Assembly (NCBI GenBank): GCA_965242865.1
Contig: CBDETK010000013.1
Location: forward strand, 672,001-736,000
Direction: 5' to 3'
DNA length: 64,000 bases
Origin: Candidatus Latescibacterota bacterium
Lineage (GTDB): Bacteria; Latescibacterota; UBA2968; UBA8231
Positions 40,801-51,897 of the stretch are shown one piece after another. The notes beneath the pieces were generated by a model, which had not been told where the DNA came from, ran no database searches, and saw nothing but the letters and a program-made list of their open reading frames with translations. Numbering within the stretch: the stretch's first letter is position 1; the number at the start of each line of letters is the position of its first letter. The position numbers and the translations under genes were made by a program.

Positions 40801-43318
40801 AAGCTGACTACACCGACTCTTTTGGCTCGGCGTCGGCGACGAGTGCTTTGACTTCGCCGGTGCGTCCGGCCTCCAACCGCGCCCCGTCGGTGTCGGGTCC
40901 GGCGGCGGTGGACATAGCCGAAAACAGTTCCGAACCGTGGCTGTTGGGCACTTATATCGGCCGCGACCCGGATGGCGACGAGTTGACGTGGAGCGTAACG
41001 GGCCCGGATGCGAGTGCGTTTGATGAATTGAAGGAACCGGCGTCGCCGGGGGCGGAGCCGTCGCGGGAACTCCATTTGGCGAGTGCGCCCGATTACGAAG
41101 CCCAAGCGCGCTACGACGTGTGGGTGAAGGTCTCTGATGCGGCACTGTCGGACAGCCTGCGGGTGTCGGTGTCGGTGCTCAATCAGAACGAGGATGGGGA
41201 GGTGGTGCTGACGGGGGGGCTGCCGCCGGAGGTGGGCACGGCGGTGGTGGCGGGGCTGACCGATCCGGATGGGCAGATTACCGGGGCGTCTTGGCAGTGG
41301 CAACGGCGGTTGGGCGCGACGGGAGCATGGGAAGCGATTGGGGCCGGGGTGTCGGGGGCTTCATCAGCGGTGTCGGGTGCGGCCTCGGCGTATCCTGAAC
41401 TATCGAGTTACACGCCGGTGTCGGGCGATGTGGGTTGGCAGTTGCAAGCGACGGTGCGCTACCGCGATGGGCACGATCCCAACACGGAACGGACGGCCGC
41501 AAGTGATCCGAGTGCGGCGGTGGTCGGTCCGCCGGTTGCGCCGTCGGAGGTGTCGTTTCGGTCGGGGTGGACGCAGGTTCGGGTGGAGTGGTCGGCGGTG
41601 GTCGCGGCGACGAGCTACGCGGTGCAAGGGCAGAGCAAACCCTTTGATGGCGGGTCGTGGCCTTCGACGTGGACGTCGTTGGCGTCTGAGGTCGTCGGCC
41701 AGCGGCGGTATGTTCACCGGGGGGTGTCGCCGGATAGCCTGTATCGGTATCAGGTGCGGGCGCGAGTGGGCGAGTTGGAAAGCGCGTGGTCGGCGGCGGA
41801 GCCTTCGGCGGGGGTTCAGCCCGGGGTGGGTCCGCCGACCGGGTTTACCGCCGAGGCCGGGGCGAGCCAAGCGACGCTGCGGTGGACGGGTCCGGATCAT
41901 GCCAGCATTACCAAGTGGCGGTATCGGGATGTGACGGCGGAGGGGGCCGATACGGAGGGGGATTGGCAGGACGCGACGGTCAGTGGTAGTGCCGTGGCGG
42001 GGTGGTCGGCCCCGGTAGAAGGCTTGACGCCGGGGCGCGAGTATCGGTTTCAAGTGCGGGCGGTCAATGGGGCCGGCGGCGGTCGGCCTTCGGCGGTGAG
42101 CAATACGGTCACGCCGTGGTTGGCTCGGCCCACCGGCGGTTCGGTTTCAGTGCAGGCCGGCCCGGCGCTGGAGGTTGCTTGGTCGGCGGTGGCGTCGGCG
42201 ACCGGCTATGAGGTGGAGGGGCAGAGCAAGCCGTATGACGGCGGGTCGTGGCCTTCGGCGTGGACGACGCAGCAGGCCCACGGCGCACAGCCCTATGTGC
42301 ATCGAGGGGTGGATGCCGACCGCCGCTATCGCTACCGAGTGCGGGCGCGGGTCGGCGAGACGGCGAGTGCTTGGTCGGATACGCTGCCGGGGGTGGCGGG
42401 AGTGCAACCGCCACCGGGTGCGCCGACGGGCTTGACCGCCACGCCGGGCATCCGACAGGCGACGCTGACGTGGACGGGGCCGACGCACACCAGCATCGCC
42501 GAGTGGCAGTATAAGCGGGGCCAGATTTTGGAGCCGATCACCGCGTGGGGGGGGGGTGGCTGTCCATGGGCACGGCGGCAACGACGCGGTCGTTTACAGT
42601 GCGGCATCCGCTGGTGGATGGGGGCTCCTATCGGTTTGAAGTGCGGGCACGCAACGGCGGGGGATGGTCCGCGACGACGCGGACGGATACGGTGACGTTG
42701 CCGGTGGACACCAAGGGGCGTGTGGCGCTCTTGACGACCACGCCGCGGGTCGGCGACGACCTGACGGCGACGTTGACCGACCCGGATAACCCGACGGATG
42801 TGGGGTTTACTTGGTCGTTTTTCTTGCCGGTTACTTGGTCGTTTTTCTTGCCGGCGGGGGTGTCGGGGGCCAATGGGGCTGATCCGCCGCCCAGCGCAGT
42901 GCAGTCGGAGCCGTTGCGGGTGAGCACAGTGCATTTGGGGTTGCAGATCCGGGCGCGGGTGTCCTATGCCGATGATTATGGTCGGCAGCAGGCGCAAAGC
43001 CCCAAGACGTCGGCGGTGGTGGGGCCGCCGTGGGCGCCGCGGACGTTTACGGCGACGGCCGGCGACGGGCAGGTGGCGCTTTCTTGGGAGGCGCCCTTGA
43101 AAATCGGCGGCTCGGCGATCACCAGCTACCAGTACCGCTACAAGAAGACCAGCGGCAGTTGGCCGGAGAGTTGGACGAGTGCCGGCACGGCGACGAGCGC
43201 GACGGTGACGGACTTGACCAACGGCACTCCGTACTCCTTTGCGGTGCGGGCGGTCAATGGCTACGGCGACGGCACGGTCGCCTCGGCGGCGGCACGAGCG
43301 CGACGGTGCGTAGCTTGA
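37899..43318 (+). CDS. Large secreted protein 2: M6 (immune inhibitor A-like) metalloprotease head + Fn3/cadherin stalk; frameshift at a G10 run, 3' truncated
   Basis: Signal peptide; GSLAHYFSEMSNG, HEYGHVMGLPELFD, GLWGVM, PMSAWSRMEVGWL, EYFLVVNRQ, GLAIWHVDE. G10 at 42547-42556 (other copies encode WGGW) splits ORFs 37899 and 42545. Confidence 0.85.
40271..43289 (+). repeat. ~3-kb cadherin/Fn3 stalk repeat, copy 2
   Basis: Near-identical to the other copies; carries an extra 24-bp tandem duplication at 42807-42854. Confidence 0.9.
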
Positions 43319-43349
43319 CCAACGGCCAGTCCTATTCCTTCATTACGAC

Positions 43350-43460
43350 CGGCCCTACGGCGAAAATTCCAGAGGAATACAAACTCAATGTTTTACCGTC
43401 TGAACACTTAGCTTCTCGGCATCCTATCTAAGGAGGAATTATCATGCAAAACAGTATGCT
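43350..43460 (+). repeat. ~100-bp leader repeated before two PLxVGN genes
   Basis: CGGCCCTACGGCGAAAATTCCAGAGGAA...CTCGGCATCCTA..TAAGGAGGAAT.ATCATG at 43350 and at 44395. Confidence 0.8.
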
Positions 43461-44334
43461 TTTGACGCTCTCGTCTCCTATTCTGTCGCGGCCTTTGAGG
43501 CCAGTAAAGCACCTTCTGGCGGCGGTCTTGGTCGGCCTGTTGGGCAACGGGTCTGCCATTGCGGACGCCAGCGACTGGTTGCCGCTGGCCGTGGGCAATT
43601 CGTGGACGTATAGCCATAGATACAGTGACCACAATGTGGACTATAGCCAATGGACCAACTACACGGCTCCATACGGCATACCCGAGTTCACTCTTTCGGT
43701 GTTGCGCACCGAGGTTATCGATGGCCATACCTACTTCGTCATCAGCGATATGCCGGAGTATTGGCCGCCGGTGCCGCCGCAGTTCATAGCAGGTAAGAAG
43801 CTACGGTGGGTAGGCGACCAACTGATGGAGCGTACCGCCGATGGCGAGCAAGCCCTGTTCCGCTTTGGCGGAGCCAGTGGAGCCAGCGGAGCCAGCGGCG
43901 CCAGCGGCGAAGTTAGCTATACCGTCCCCACCCCAGAGGGAACCCTCCGCGTCACCGCACGGGAAAACCGCTCCGAGCACACTCACGACAATTATTTCGG
44001 CTTTAGTGGCGGCGCAGAGGCCGCTGGTCCCTCTAATTGGTACGAATTGTTGGGAGGCGAGTCGGGGGTGACAGGTGAGTCGGGGGTAACGGTCGGGTTG
44101 GGGGCAGCTCTCATCTTCCTAAAGGGTTTCGGTGTCCAACAATGTCAGATGGCACTCTACGACGACGATGCTCCGCTATTCAAAAACATACAAAAAGCGA
44201 AACACGCGGTGCTCGATGGGCGTACCGTGACAGTTCGGGAAGCCCAGGCGGCGGCGGGTCAGGCTTCGTCGTCGGACGCAACGAGCATTGAGTGGTTTTC
44301 TTGGGGGCTTATCAAGCAGGAGGGTCGCGAATGA
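43444..44334 (+). CDS. Secreted PLxVGNxWxY-family protein with SWG tail
   Basis: AAGGAGG RBS; mostly near-identical to 24130..25008; (GAS)x4 loop; ends TSIEWFSWGLIKQEGRE. Confidence 0.75.
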   Translation: MQNSMLLTLSSPILSRPLRPVKHLLAAVLVGLLGNGSAIADASDWLPLAVGNSWTYSHRYSDHNVDYSQWTNYTAPYGIPEFTLSVLRTEVIDGHTYFVISDMPEYWPPVPPQFIAGKKLRWVGDQLMERTADGEQALFRFGGASGASGASGASGEVSYTVPTPEGTLRVTARENRSEHTHDNYFGFSGGAEAAGPSNWYELLGGESGVTGESGVTVGLGAALIFLKGFGVQQCQMALYDDDAPLFKNIQKAKHAVLDGRTVTVREAQAAAGQASSSDATSIEWFSWGLIKQEGRE

Positions 44335-44398
44335 ATCCGCTTCGTGTATTGTGTGTGCTTTGCTTCGGTTCGCTAGTTTGTGCCTCCGCAGGATCGGC
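44331..44398 (+). pseudogene. Signal-peptide stub of a deleted large gene
   Basis: MNPLRVLCVLCFGSLVCASAGSA matches the start of large gene 3 (MNPLRVLLALCFGLLVCASAGFA at 45354) and then runs into the repeated leader. Confidence 0.75.
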
Positions 44399-44490
44399 CC
44401 TACGGCGAAAATTCCAGAGGAACACAAACCCCAACGTTTTACTACCTGAACATTTAGCCTCTCGGCATCCTACTCTAAGGAGGAATCATC

Positions 44491-45357
44491 ATGCGAAACA
44501 GTATGCTTTTGACGCCCTCGTCTCCCGTTCTGTCGCGGCCTTTGGGGCTTGTGAAGTGCCTTCTGGCGGCGGTCTTGGTTGGTCTGTTGGACAGCGGGTC
44601 GGCTGTTGCGGACGCTAGCGACTACCTGCCGCTGGCCGTGGGCAATTCGTGGAGGTATGCACATCGATATCGCGAATACGAAAAGGACCGGAGCCAATGG
44701 ACCAACTACATGGCTCAATTCGACACCCTCGGCACTCCGCAATTCACCATTTCCGTATTGCACACTGAGGTCATTGACGGCCATACCTATTTTGTTATTA
44801 GCGACATACCCGACTTCTGGCCGCCGGTGCCATCGTATTTCATCGCGGGTAAGAAGTTGCGGTGGGCGGGCAATCAACTGATGGAGCGCACCGCCGATGG
44901 CGAGCGGTCGCTGTTTCGCTTTGGCGGGACCAGCGGAGCCAGCGGAGCCAGTGGAGACGTTAGCAGCTATGCCATCACTATCCCAGAGGGACTCAACCAA
45001 GCCACCCGATGGGGAGGACGGTTCAACTTTGATCTTGATAACGATGACGATGACGGCGTAGGGGGAGCGAGCGACTCTGGGTCTTTTCTCGATCCCGGTT
45101 CTTGGGATCGTCCTTACGAACAAGGGGGAGCCGTATTCCTAAGGGGCTTTGGCATCGAAGATTGTGGCTTTGAAAGCGGTAGCGGCGATGCCCCTCTATT
45201 CATCAACTACCAAACAGCCAAACACGCGGTCATCAACGGGCGTACCGTGACGGTGAAGCAAGCCCGGAAAGAGGCCGCTACTCAGTCTCAGTCGTCAGAC
45301 GCAAGCAGCATTGAGTGGCTTTCTTGGGGAGCCATCAAACAGGAGGGCAGCCCGTGA
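44491..45357 (+). CDS. Secreted PLxVGNxWxY-family protein with SWG tail
   Basis: AAGGAGG RBS; DYLPLAVGNSWRY; ends SSIEWLSWGAIKQEGSP; GTGA overlap with the next gene. Confidence 0.75.
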   Translation: MRNSMLLTPSSPVLSRPLGLVKCLLAAVLVGLLDSGSAVADASDYLPLAVGNSWRYAHRYREYEKDRSQWTNYMAQFDTLGTPQFTISVLHTEVIDGHTYFVISDIPDFWPPVPSYFIAGKKLRWAGNQLMERTADGERSLFRFGGTSGASGASGDVSSYAITIPEGLNQATRWGGRFNFDLDNDDDDGVGGASDSGSFLDPGSWDRPYEQGGAVFLRGFGIEDCGFESGSGDAPLFINYQTAKHAVINGRTVTVKQARKEAATQSQSSDASSIEWLSWGAIKQEGSP

Positions 45358-48300
45358 ATCCGCTCCGTGTACTACTCGCGCTTTGCTTCGGCTTGCTGGT
45401 TTGTGCCTCTGCGGGGTTCGCCCGCGGTTCGCTTTCGACATAGCCGCACGCCAATAACCCCATCTTGGCTGCACGCGCTGATGCGTGTACGCTGGACGTG
45501 GTGCTGGTCACCTTTCGAGACACCACGGCCTCAGACACTGCAAACCATCGAAGCTATGACTATCACGATTATGACCGGCCCTTCGGTGAAGTAGGCGGGC
45601 GGCTGAGAGGCCGCTCATATCGCCTGAACGATTTTCTGCGGATGCTAGCCGGTGGCTACGACGACGATGGCGGGCATCCCACGCCCTTTGTCGGGACGGA
45701 CGTCACGGTGGCAAATGGCAGTGAGCAACTGCCCCAAGTATTCGGCAGTGTGCGGGCGTACTTCGATTCGGTGTCCAACGGCGCGTTCCAATTGCACGTG
45801 CGTATGGTTAACCCGGCCGCGGCGGGTCAGGCCGCGGGTGGCTTGCCCCGCTGGATTGAGCTGCCGGCTTCCAAAGAACACTATGCTGAGCGGGCTAGGA
45901 GAGATCAGTTCTGGAACGCCGCCTATGAAGCGACGCTGGACTCGTTGGCCGACTGGAACACTGGGATCAGCCTACCCCACCACGATTCGACCGAGACCTA
46001 CTCCTTTACCCGCCTCTTGCGCCGCAAGATTCTCTTCTTGTATTCCGGTCCCTTCTTTGACAATACCGATAGCCGAATACATCCCCGAGTGGATGTGGTT
46101 ACAGAGGAAAATCCAACCGCTCCTGATGAGGTCGGCTATCGCTACGTGATGTCGGAGCGTCAGGGGTTCGGCAACAACGATGATCGCGTCAACGAGTTCG
46201 CTGGCGTTGGTACGCACGCCCATGAAATAGGCCATCTGCTCGGCCTGAATCATGGCTTTGGGGATTGGGCAGACTCGACCGGTAGTGATCGGTACGGCAA
46301 CACGTCAGACCCCAATTATGAAGTGGACGAGGCCGCTAACCAACTAGGGTGGACATTGATGCAAGGCGGCGGCGACCAAGGACCGGAAGAGGAGGCCGGC
46401 GGCTACTCCGTGGCCTACCGCTCCTGTCCCAATCCAATCAACCCCTTCTATCTACGCGACTTAGGTTGGCTGACGCCGACAGAGATCCTGAACGCTCAGA
46501 ACGATTGAATTTCTGCTTAACCGCCGCACTACGCAGCCGTTTGGCGGGCGCTATGTCTCCTTCTATGACTATGCCGCCCCCAATGCCGCCGATCAGGGCC
46601 TGATGATCTGGCGTCGGCGCTTCAGAGTCGAGCGTCCTCTGCTCATCGTCGCCGATGAGCGACGCTACCGCGACGCCCGGGATCAGGATGCGAGCCCCAA
46701 TATCCCCGAATACTACGACATGCTCTCCGATCCGTTTGCGGCCGGTAGGATATCCGATCCCAGAGACGATCCCGGAGACGATACTAATTTCGACCAAGCT
46801 AACGTGTCGGCGGTCAATAGCCTGACCGCCGGGGCCGGCTTGCGCCAAGCGACCACAGGTATAGGGCGTAACCCGGATCCTAGGGATGTGAACTTAGCCC
46901 TGACCGACATTCGGTATGACGCTGCTGGCGACAACATCCTTGTGGACGTAGCCCTTACGCTGCCGGCAGCTCCGGACAATTTGACTGCTGAAGTCCAAGC
47001 GGGCCAAGTGACGCTACGGTGGGCTGCTTCGAACGACCCGACCGTCTCCTACCGATACCGATATCGTCCTGATACGATGCTTTGGAGCGGGTGGAGCATG
47101 ACAACCGCCACTGAGAATGGACGGATCGTAGCGACCATCGAAGCCGGAGATTTGATCAACAACACGGCGTACACGTTTGAAGTCGCGGCGGTCAACGGGT
47201 TGGGGAGAAATTCAGCCACCCTGACGGCCACGCCCCAAGCGTTAGGTCCCAGCGCGGTGAATTTTGTCGAGGATGTGACGCCCGATCAGGACGATACGCC
47301 AGCGGTGGCCACCTATACGGTGGCCGGCTTGGGCAATACCCCGAATTGGACGCTAGAGGACGACACTCGGAATGCCTTTGAGTTACAGGGCACTGGGACG
47401 ACGCAGGAGCTTCACTTCCGGCAGCCGCCCGACTTTGAAACCTTGCAGGACGCGACCTACTCGGTGACCATCCAAGCCCGCGCTGGCCAAGTCACGGTCA
47501 CACAAGCGGTGTCGGTGACGGTGGTGAATGCGGAGGAAGCAGGCACGGTGGTTGTGATGCCGACGACAGCTCATAGGGTGGGCGAGGAACTAACGGCGAC
47601 GCTGACCGACCCGGATGGCGACGTGTCGGGCGCGTCTTGGCGGTGGCACCGTCGGGCCTCGGATACGATGGAGTGGGTCACTATTCAAGACGCGACAGCG
47701 GCGACGTATTCTCTGGTGCCCGCGGATGTTGGGTACGTGCTCCAAGCGACGGTGAGCTATACGGATGGGCACGGCTCTAACAAAAGCGCCGAGAGTGCGC
47801 CGGTGCTCGGCCTGCCGAGTGCGCCGCAGGAATTTGAAGCGGTGGCCGGCAACGGGGAGGTGGCCTTGCGTTGGCAGCCGCCGGCGTTGGATGGGGGTTC
47901 GCCGATTGATGTTTATAAAGTGCTGTATTTTTCGGAGACGCAGCCGAATACGGATAAGGCTGGTTTTTCGGCGGTGTCGGGGGGTTCGTCGGCGCGGGAC
48001 ACGACGATTAAGGGGTTGACCAACGGGACGCGATACGTGTTTCGGGTGGCCGCCCATAACGAAGTGGGCAACGGGGATCGGGCCGAGGCAAAGGCGACGC
48101 CGCAGGTTCCCTGTCAACTGATGGGGGCGACGGCTCCGACGTTTGCGGAAAACGCGACTGGGGCGGTAGGCATGTACACGGCGAGTGCTGGGTGTGATTC
48201 GGCGTTGTCGTGGGGGTTGGCGGGGACGGATGCGCGCTTCTTTGAGTTGAAAGGGGACGGCATGTCGCGCACCCTCGAGTTCGATAGTTCTCATAGTCCT

Positions 48301-51117
48301 CCCAACTTTGAGCAGCCTGCCGACGCCGGCGCGAACAACACTTACGCGGTGTCGGTGTCCATCGGCGACGCATCCGTGTCGGTGACCGTGTCGGTGACCG
48401 ATGCCAACGATGCCGGTGTCATTAGTCTTTCGACGACCGCGCCGCGAGCGGAGGAATCCCTCACGGCGACGCTATCGGACGAAGATGGCATTGCAGAGCC
48501 GGTGTATTGGACGCCCCACTATGAGAGCACCTCGGACAGGGATGGCGTAACCGGGCCGGCGTCGGAGGCGACGCAGACATGGACGCTGACTATCCCCAAC
48601 AGCCGCGTGGGGCAGTCCCTGCGCCTCCAAGCTGACTACACCGACTCTTTTGGCGCAGCGTCGGCGACGAGTGCTTTGACCTCGCCGGTGCGCCCGGCTG
48701 CCAACCGCGCCCCGTCGGTGTCGGGTCCGGCGTCGGTGGACATAGCCGAAAACAGCCCCGAACCGTGGCTGTTGGGCACTTATATCGGCCGCGACCCGGA
48801 TGGCGACGAGTTGGCGTGGAGTATAACGGGCACGGATGCGAGTGCGTTTGAATTGAAGGAACCGGCGTCGCCGGGGACGGAGCCATCGCGGGAACTCCAT
48901 TTGGCGAATGCGGCCGATTACGAAGCCCAAGCGCGCTACGACGTGTGGGTGAAGGTCTCCGATGCGGTGCTGTCGGACAGCCTGCGGGTGTCGGTGTCGG
49001 TCGTCAATCAGAACGAGGATGGGTCGGTGGTGCTGACGGGGGGGTTGCCGCCGGAGGTGGGCACGGCGGTGGTGGCGGGGTTGACCGATCCGGATGGGCA
49101 GATTACGGGAGCGTCTTGGCAGTGGCAACGGCGGTTGGGCACAACGGGAGCATGGGAAGCGATTGGGGCCGGGGTGTCGGGGGCTTCATCAGCGGTGTCG
49201 GGTGCGGCCTCGGCGTATCCTGAGCTATCGAGCTACACGCCGGTGTCGGGCGATGTGGGGTGGCAGTTGCAGGCGACGGTGCGCTACCGCGATGGGCACG
49301 ATCCCAACACGGAACGGATGTCCGCGAGTGCGGCGAGTGCGGCGGTGTTCGGCCCTCCGGCCGCGTCGGTGACGGCTGGGTGGGGCCGTATTCGGGTAGA
49401 GTGGCCGGCGGTGGCGTCGGCGACGAGCTACGATGTGCAGGGGCAGGGCAAACCCTTTGATAGGGGCCCTTGGCCGGCGGCTTGGTCGTCATTGGCGACC
49501 AACATCACCGCTCTGCGGTATGCCCACCGGGGGGTGTCGCCGGATAGCCTGTATCGGTATCAGGTGCGCTCGCGGACAGATGCGGCGGTGAGTGAGTGGT
49601 CGGACCCGCTGCCGGATGCGGCCGGGGTCCAGCCCGGCGTTGATGCTCCGACGGGGTTTCGGGCGGCGGCGGGGGCTGGTCAGGTGACGCTGCGGTGGAC
49701 AGGGCCGGAACACGCCAGCATCATCAAGTGGCGGTATCGGGATGTGACGGCGGCGGGGGCCGATACGGACGGGGACTGGCAGGACGCGACGGTCAGCGGT
49801 AGTGCCTCGACGGAGTGGGTGGCTACGGTAGAGGGCTTGACGCCGGGGCGCGAGTATCGGTTTCAAGTGCGGGCGGTCAATGGGGCCGGCGGTGGGCGGC
49901 CTTCGGCGGTGAGCAATACGGTCACGCCGTGGTTGGCTCGGCCCACGGGCGGTTCGGTTTCAGTGCAGGCGGGTCCGGCACTGAAGGTTGCTTGGTCGGC
50001 GGTGGCGTCGGCGACCGGCTATGAGGTGGAGGGGCAGAGCAAGCCGTATGACGGCGGGTCGTGGCCTTCGGCGTGGACGACGCAGCAGGCCCACGGCGCA
50101 CAGCCCTATGTGCATCCAGGGGTGGATGCCGACCGCCGCTATCGCTACCGAGTGCGGGCGCGAGTAGGCGAGACGGTGAGTGCCTGGTCGGATACGCTGC
50201 CGGGGGTGGCGGGGGTGCAACCGCCACCGGGCGCGCCCACGGGCTTGACGGCCACGCCGGGCATCCGACAGGCGACGCTTCGGTGGACCGGGCCGACGCA
50301 CACCAGCATCACCGAGTGGCAGTATAAGCGGGGCCAGATTTTGGAGCCGATCACCGCGTGGGGGGGATGGCTGTCCATGGGCACAGCGGCAACGACGCGG
50401 TCGTTTACGGTGCGGCATCCGCTGGTGGATGGGGGCTCCTATCGGTTTGAAGTGCGGGCGCGCAACGGCGGGGGATGGTCCGCGACGACGCGGACGGATA
50501 CGGTGACGTTGCCGGTGGACACCAAAGGGCGTGTGGCACTCTCGACGACCACGCCGCAGGTCGGAGACGCCTTGACCGCGATGTTGACCGACCCGGATAA
50601 CCCGACCGATGTGGGGTTTACTTGGGCGTTTTTTCTGCCGGCGGGGGTGTCGGGGGCCAACGGAGCCGATCCGCCGCCCAGCGCAGTGCAGTCGGAGCCG
50701 TTGCGGGTGAGCACAGTGCATTTGGGGTTGCAGATCCGGGCGCGGGTGTCCTATGCCGATGATTATGGTCGGCAGCAGGCGCAAAGCCCCAAGACGTCGG
50801 CGGTGGTGGGGCCGCCGTGGGTGCCGCGGACGTTTACGGCGATGGCGGGCGACGGGCAGGTGGCGCTTGCTTGGGAAGTGCCCTTGAAAATCGGCGGCTC
50901 GGCGATCACCAGCTACCAGTACCGCTACAAGAAGACCAGCGGCAGTTGGCCGGAGAACTGGACGAGTGCCGGCACGGCGACGAGCGCGACGGTGACGGAC
51001 TTGACCAACGGCACTCCGTACTCCTTTGCGGTGCGGGCAGTCAATGGCTACGGCGACGGCACGGTTGCCGGTAAGCACGGGGGTGCGTATTCTGTCCACG
51101 GTGTCCTATACGGATGA
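45354..51117 (+). pseudogene. Large secreted protein 3: M6-like metzincin head + Fn3/cadherin stalk; nonsense codon, frameshift, 3' truncated
   Basis: GTG 45354 signal peptide is in frame with ORF 45465 but has TAG at 45441-45443. GSVRAYFDSVSNG, HEIGHLLGLNH, WTLM, LGWL. Frame changes near 46504 into IEFLLNRR...FYD...GLMIW, which continues as ORF 46603. Confidence 0.8.
48092..51069 (+). repeat. ~3-kb cadherin/Fn3 stalk repeat, copy 3
   Basis: Near-identical to the other copies except one Fn3 module (~49350-49680), which resembles 39680-40030. Confidence 0.9.
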
Positions 51118-51231
51118 CTATGGTGCCCAACAGGAGCACAGCGACACGACCGTGGCGGTAGTAGGACCGCCGAGTGCGCCGCGGACGTTTACGGCGACAA
51201 CCTCTCATCCCTCCAGAAAGAGAGGGTACGG

Positions 51232-51897
51232 ATGATACTTAGATGTGAACAAAGTGCGGTGAAGTGCCTGATGCTCACTGTCACTATCTGTGTGTTCGGA
51301 AGTGGGCCAGCTATCGCATTGAGCGGCTCGACTCAAAGTACCAAAGCCTGGGCCCTGCCGGCCGTTTTTGGCTTGTTTGCCCGACTGCCGACGCAAGTTG
51401 ATACCATGAGGTACTATCAGGGCTTTGACTTCAGTGCTGGAAATGCCGGAGGCGAAAGCGATAATTACGATGGGGAACTTTTCCCGGGGACCGATGACTT
51501 GGGGATGTATCAACTCACTGACATTGATGGCAGTCCTTCGACTCCGGGATATTTCCAAACGCCACTCAGTGGAGGTGGAGATATAGTTGATATAGATATA
51601 TATCCTTTCAACGTGATTTTTAGACCGCCGAGAGGTAGAGATGGGGTGATAGGATTCCAAGAGATAATTGAAGGCCATACCTATGCAGTTTGGCCGCTCG
51701 ATGGGGGGCTTGTGCTCATGTACGTCGTTGAGGTCGGTTTATGGCCACCTGACCCCGTTGGGGGGTATGCTGGCGGGGCCATCGCTAATGTCGTGATAGA
51801 GTGGATGTATGCTCCAGAGTGGATGTATGGGGAACCGACGGCCATTCAAGCGACGCCATGGGGGCGATTAAAAAGCAACATCCGCAGGGGGCCATAG
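51232..51897 (+). CDS. Secreted protein of unknown function with (P)WG-x-LK tail
   Basis: Hydrophobic N-terminus (start may be GTG 51260 region); ends PTAIQATPWGRLKSNIRRGP. Confidence 0.6.
   Translation: MILRCEQSAVKCLMLTVTICVFGSGPAIALSGSTQSTKAWALPAVFGLFARLPTQVDTMRYYQGFDFSAGNAGGESDNYDGELFPGTDDLGMYQLTDIDGSPSTPGYFQTPLSGGGDIVDIDIYPFNVIFRPPRGRDGVIGFQEIIEGHTYAVWPLDGGLVLMYVVEVGLWPPDPVGGYAGGAIANVVIEWMYAPEWMYGEPTAIQATPWGRLKSNIRRGP

Noticed and set aside
42807-42854. 24-bp duplication as a transposon target-site duplication
   Set aside because: No intervening element; it is an in-frame slippage duplication in one stalk copy.
45441-45443. In-frame TAG as pyrrolysine or stop-codon recoding
   Set aside because: Other genes here end normally at TAG and the same gene has a second lesion, so a nonsense mutation is simpler.
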